A stretch of 36,072 nucleotides of DNA, taken from NCBI GenBank assembly GCA_014238395.1, contig JABABE010000119.1, forward strand, positions 1-36,072. The letters are read 5' to 3'. This document shows, piece by piece, positions 35,754 to 36,072 of the stretch (the first letter of the stretch is position 1; each line of letters opens with the position of its first letter). Source of the DNA: Candidatus Kaiserbacteria bacterium (lineage in GTDB: Bacteria > Patescibacteriota > Minisyncoccia > Phycocordibacterales > JABAAK01). Below the pieces are notes generated by a model, which was not told the DNA's origin, ran no database searches, and saw nothing but the letters and a program-made list of their open reading frames with translations. The position numbers were made by a program, and so were the translations under genes.

Positions 35754-36072
35754 CTACGAACTACAAATTAACTCAGCCTCTTGTAATAAACGCTTTGCTT
35801 TTGCGGGTGAAACACCTAACTCTTTTTTATCTTTCTTATATTTAAGTAAATCAGCACAAACAACAATATTTTTGTGATAAAATCTTTCTATATCAGCACG
35901 ACTGACAGATGGTAAGCATGTAATTGGGTGAGCATCAACTTTTTTTATCAAATCAAACAACCCCTCACCATTAGGTGTGCTCCATGATAATAATTTCATT
36001 CCAATACAATCTGCATATTCAATTGCGTTTGTTGTAAATTGTGTGTTTGTAACTAATATTCCATCATCTACA
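35754..36072 (-). CDS. C-terminal part of a PD-(D/E)xK (Mrr-like) restriction-endonuclease-fold protein; 5' end outside the window
   Basis: The frame is open from the window edge. It reads VDDGILVTNTQFTTNAIEYADCIGMKLLSW..., which resembles the end of the Mrr catalytic domain (G-I-x-V/I-T-T-x-x-F-T-x-x-A-x-x-Y-A). An ~80-aa helical tail follows (VSPAKAKRLLQEAELI). The stop is 2 nt before the alaS ATG. Confidence 0.5.
   Translation of the reverse strand, partial: VDDGILVTNTQFTTNAIEYADCIGMKLLSWSTPNGEGLFDLIKKVDAHPITCLPSVSRADIERFYHKNIVVCADLLKYKKDKKELGVSPAKAKRLLQEAELICSS

Noticed and set aside
1-36072. Alternative genetic code (UGA as Gly or Trp), CRISPR arrays, tRNA/rRNA genes and mobile elements.
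   Set aside because: TGA clearly terminates thyA and gltX at positions matching normal protein ends, and the conserved genes are intact under code 11. I saw no spaced direct-repeat arrays, no cloverleaf-like GC-rich segments, no transposase or integrase-like ORFs and no terminal inverted repeats.

Overview
This window is visibly AT-rich (roughly 30% G+C by eye, not computed) and extremely gene-dense. About 36 protein genes are separated by gaps of 0-90 nt or by short overlaps. All lie on the minus strand except thyA-folA at the left edge and a two-gene plus-strand island at 7834-9106.

The content is almost entirely core housekeeping:
- thyA-folA.
- A reduced cell-wall/division block: mraY, ftsW, murG, an M23 endopeptidase and a DD-carboxypeptidase.
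- Five aminoacyl-tRNA synthetases: gltX, glyQS, trpS, alaS.
- scpAB.
- One long co-directional array: rpoB-rpoC-dnaG-rpoD-rpsP-KH-trmD-infA-rpmJ-rpsM-rpsK-rpsD-rpoA-rplQ-rplM-rpsI-grpE-dnaK-dnaJ.

TGA is a genuine stop (thyA, gltX), and the long conserved genes have no in-frame TGA, so the standard code 11 applies. Small protein sizes, tight packing and the lack of Shine-Dalgarno motifs suggest a reduced-genome bacterium. I judge it CPR/Patescibacteria-like, but I cannot confirm that without a search.

I see no rRNA, tRNA, CRISPR array, transposase, integrase or obvious defence island, and I cannot point to a clear multi-gene novel system.

The most interesting signals are:
1. Sequence-visible departures from near-invariant motifs in the transcription and replication machinery. 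Beta-prime reads AADFDGD instead of NADFDGD. The sigma factor reads CCW instead of TWW and has a poly-lysine N-terminal tail. The primase has lost 3 of 4 zinc ligands. L36 is Cys-less. DnaJ lacks a zinc finger.
2. An orphan 526-aa membrane protein between alaS and rpoB, with an extraordinarily basic His/Arg/Lys-rich cytoplasmic tail.
3. An unexplained 290-bp convergent spacer carrying the only GC-rich hairpin in the window.

All functional calls come from my own reading of the translations. Reference sequences are quoted from memory.
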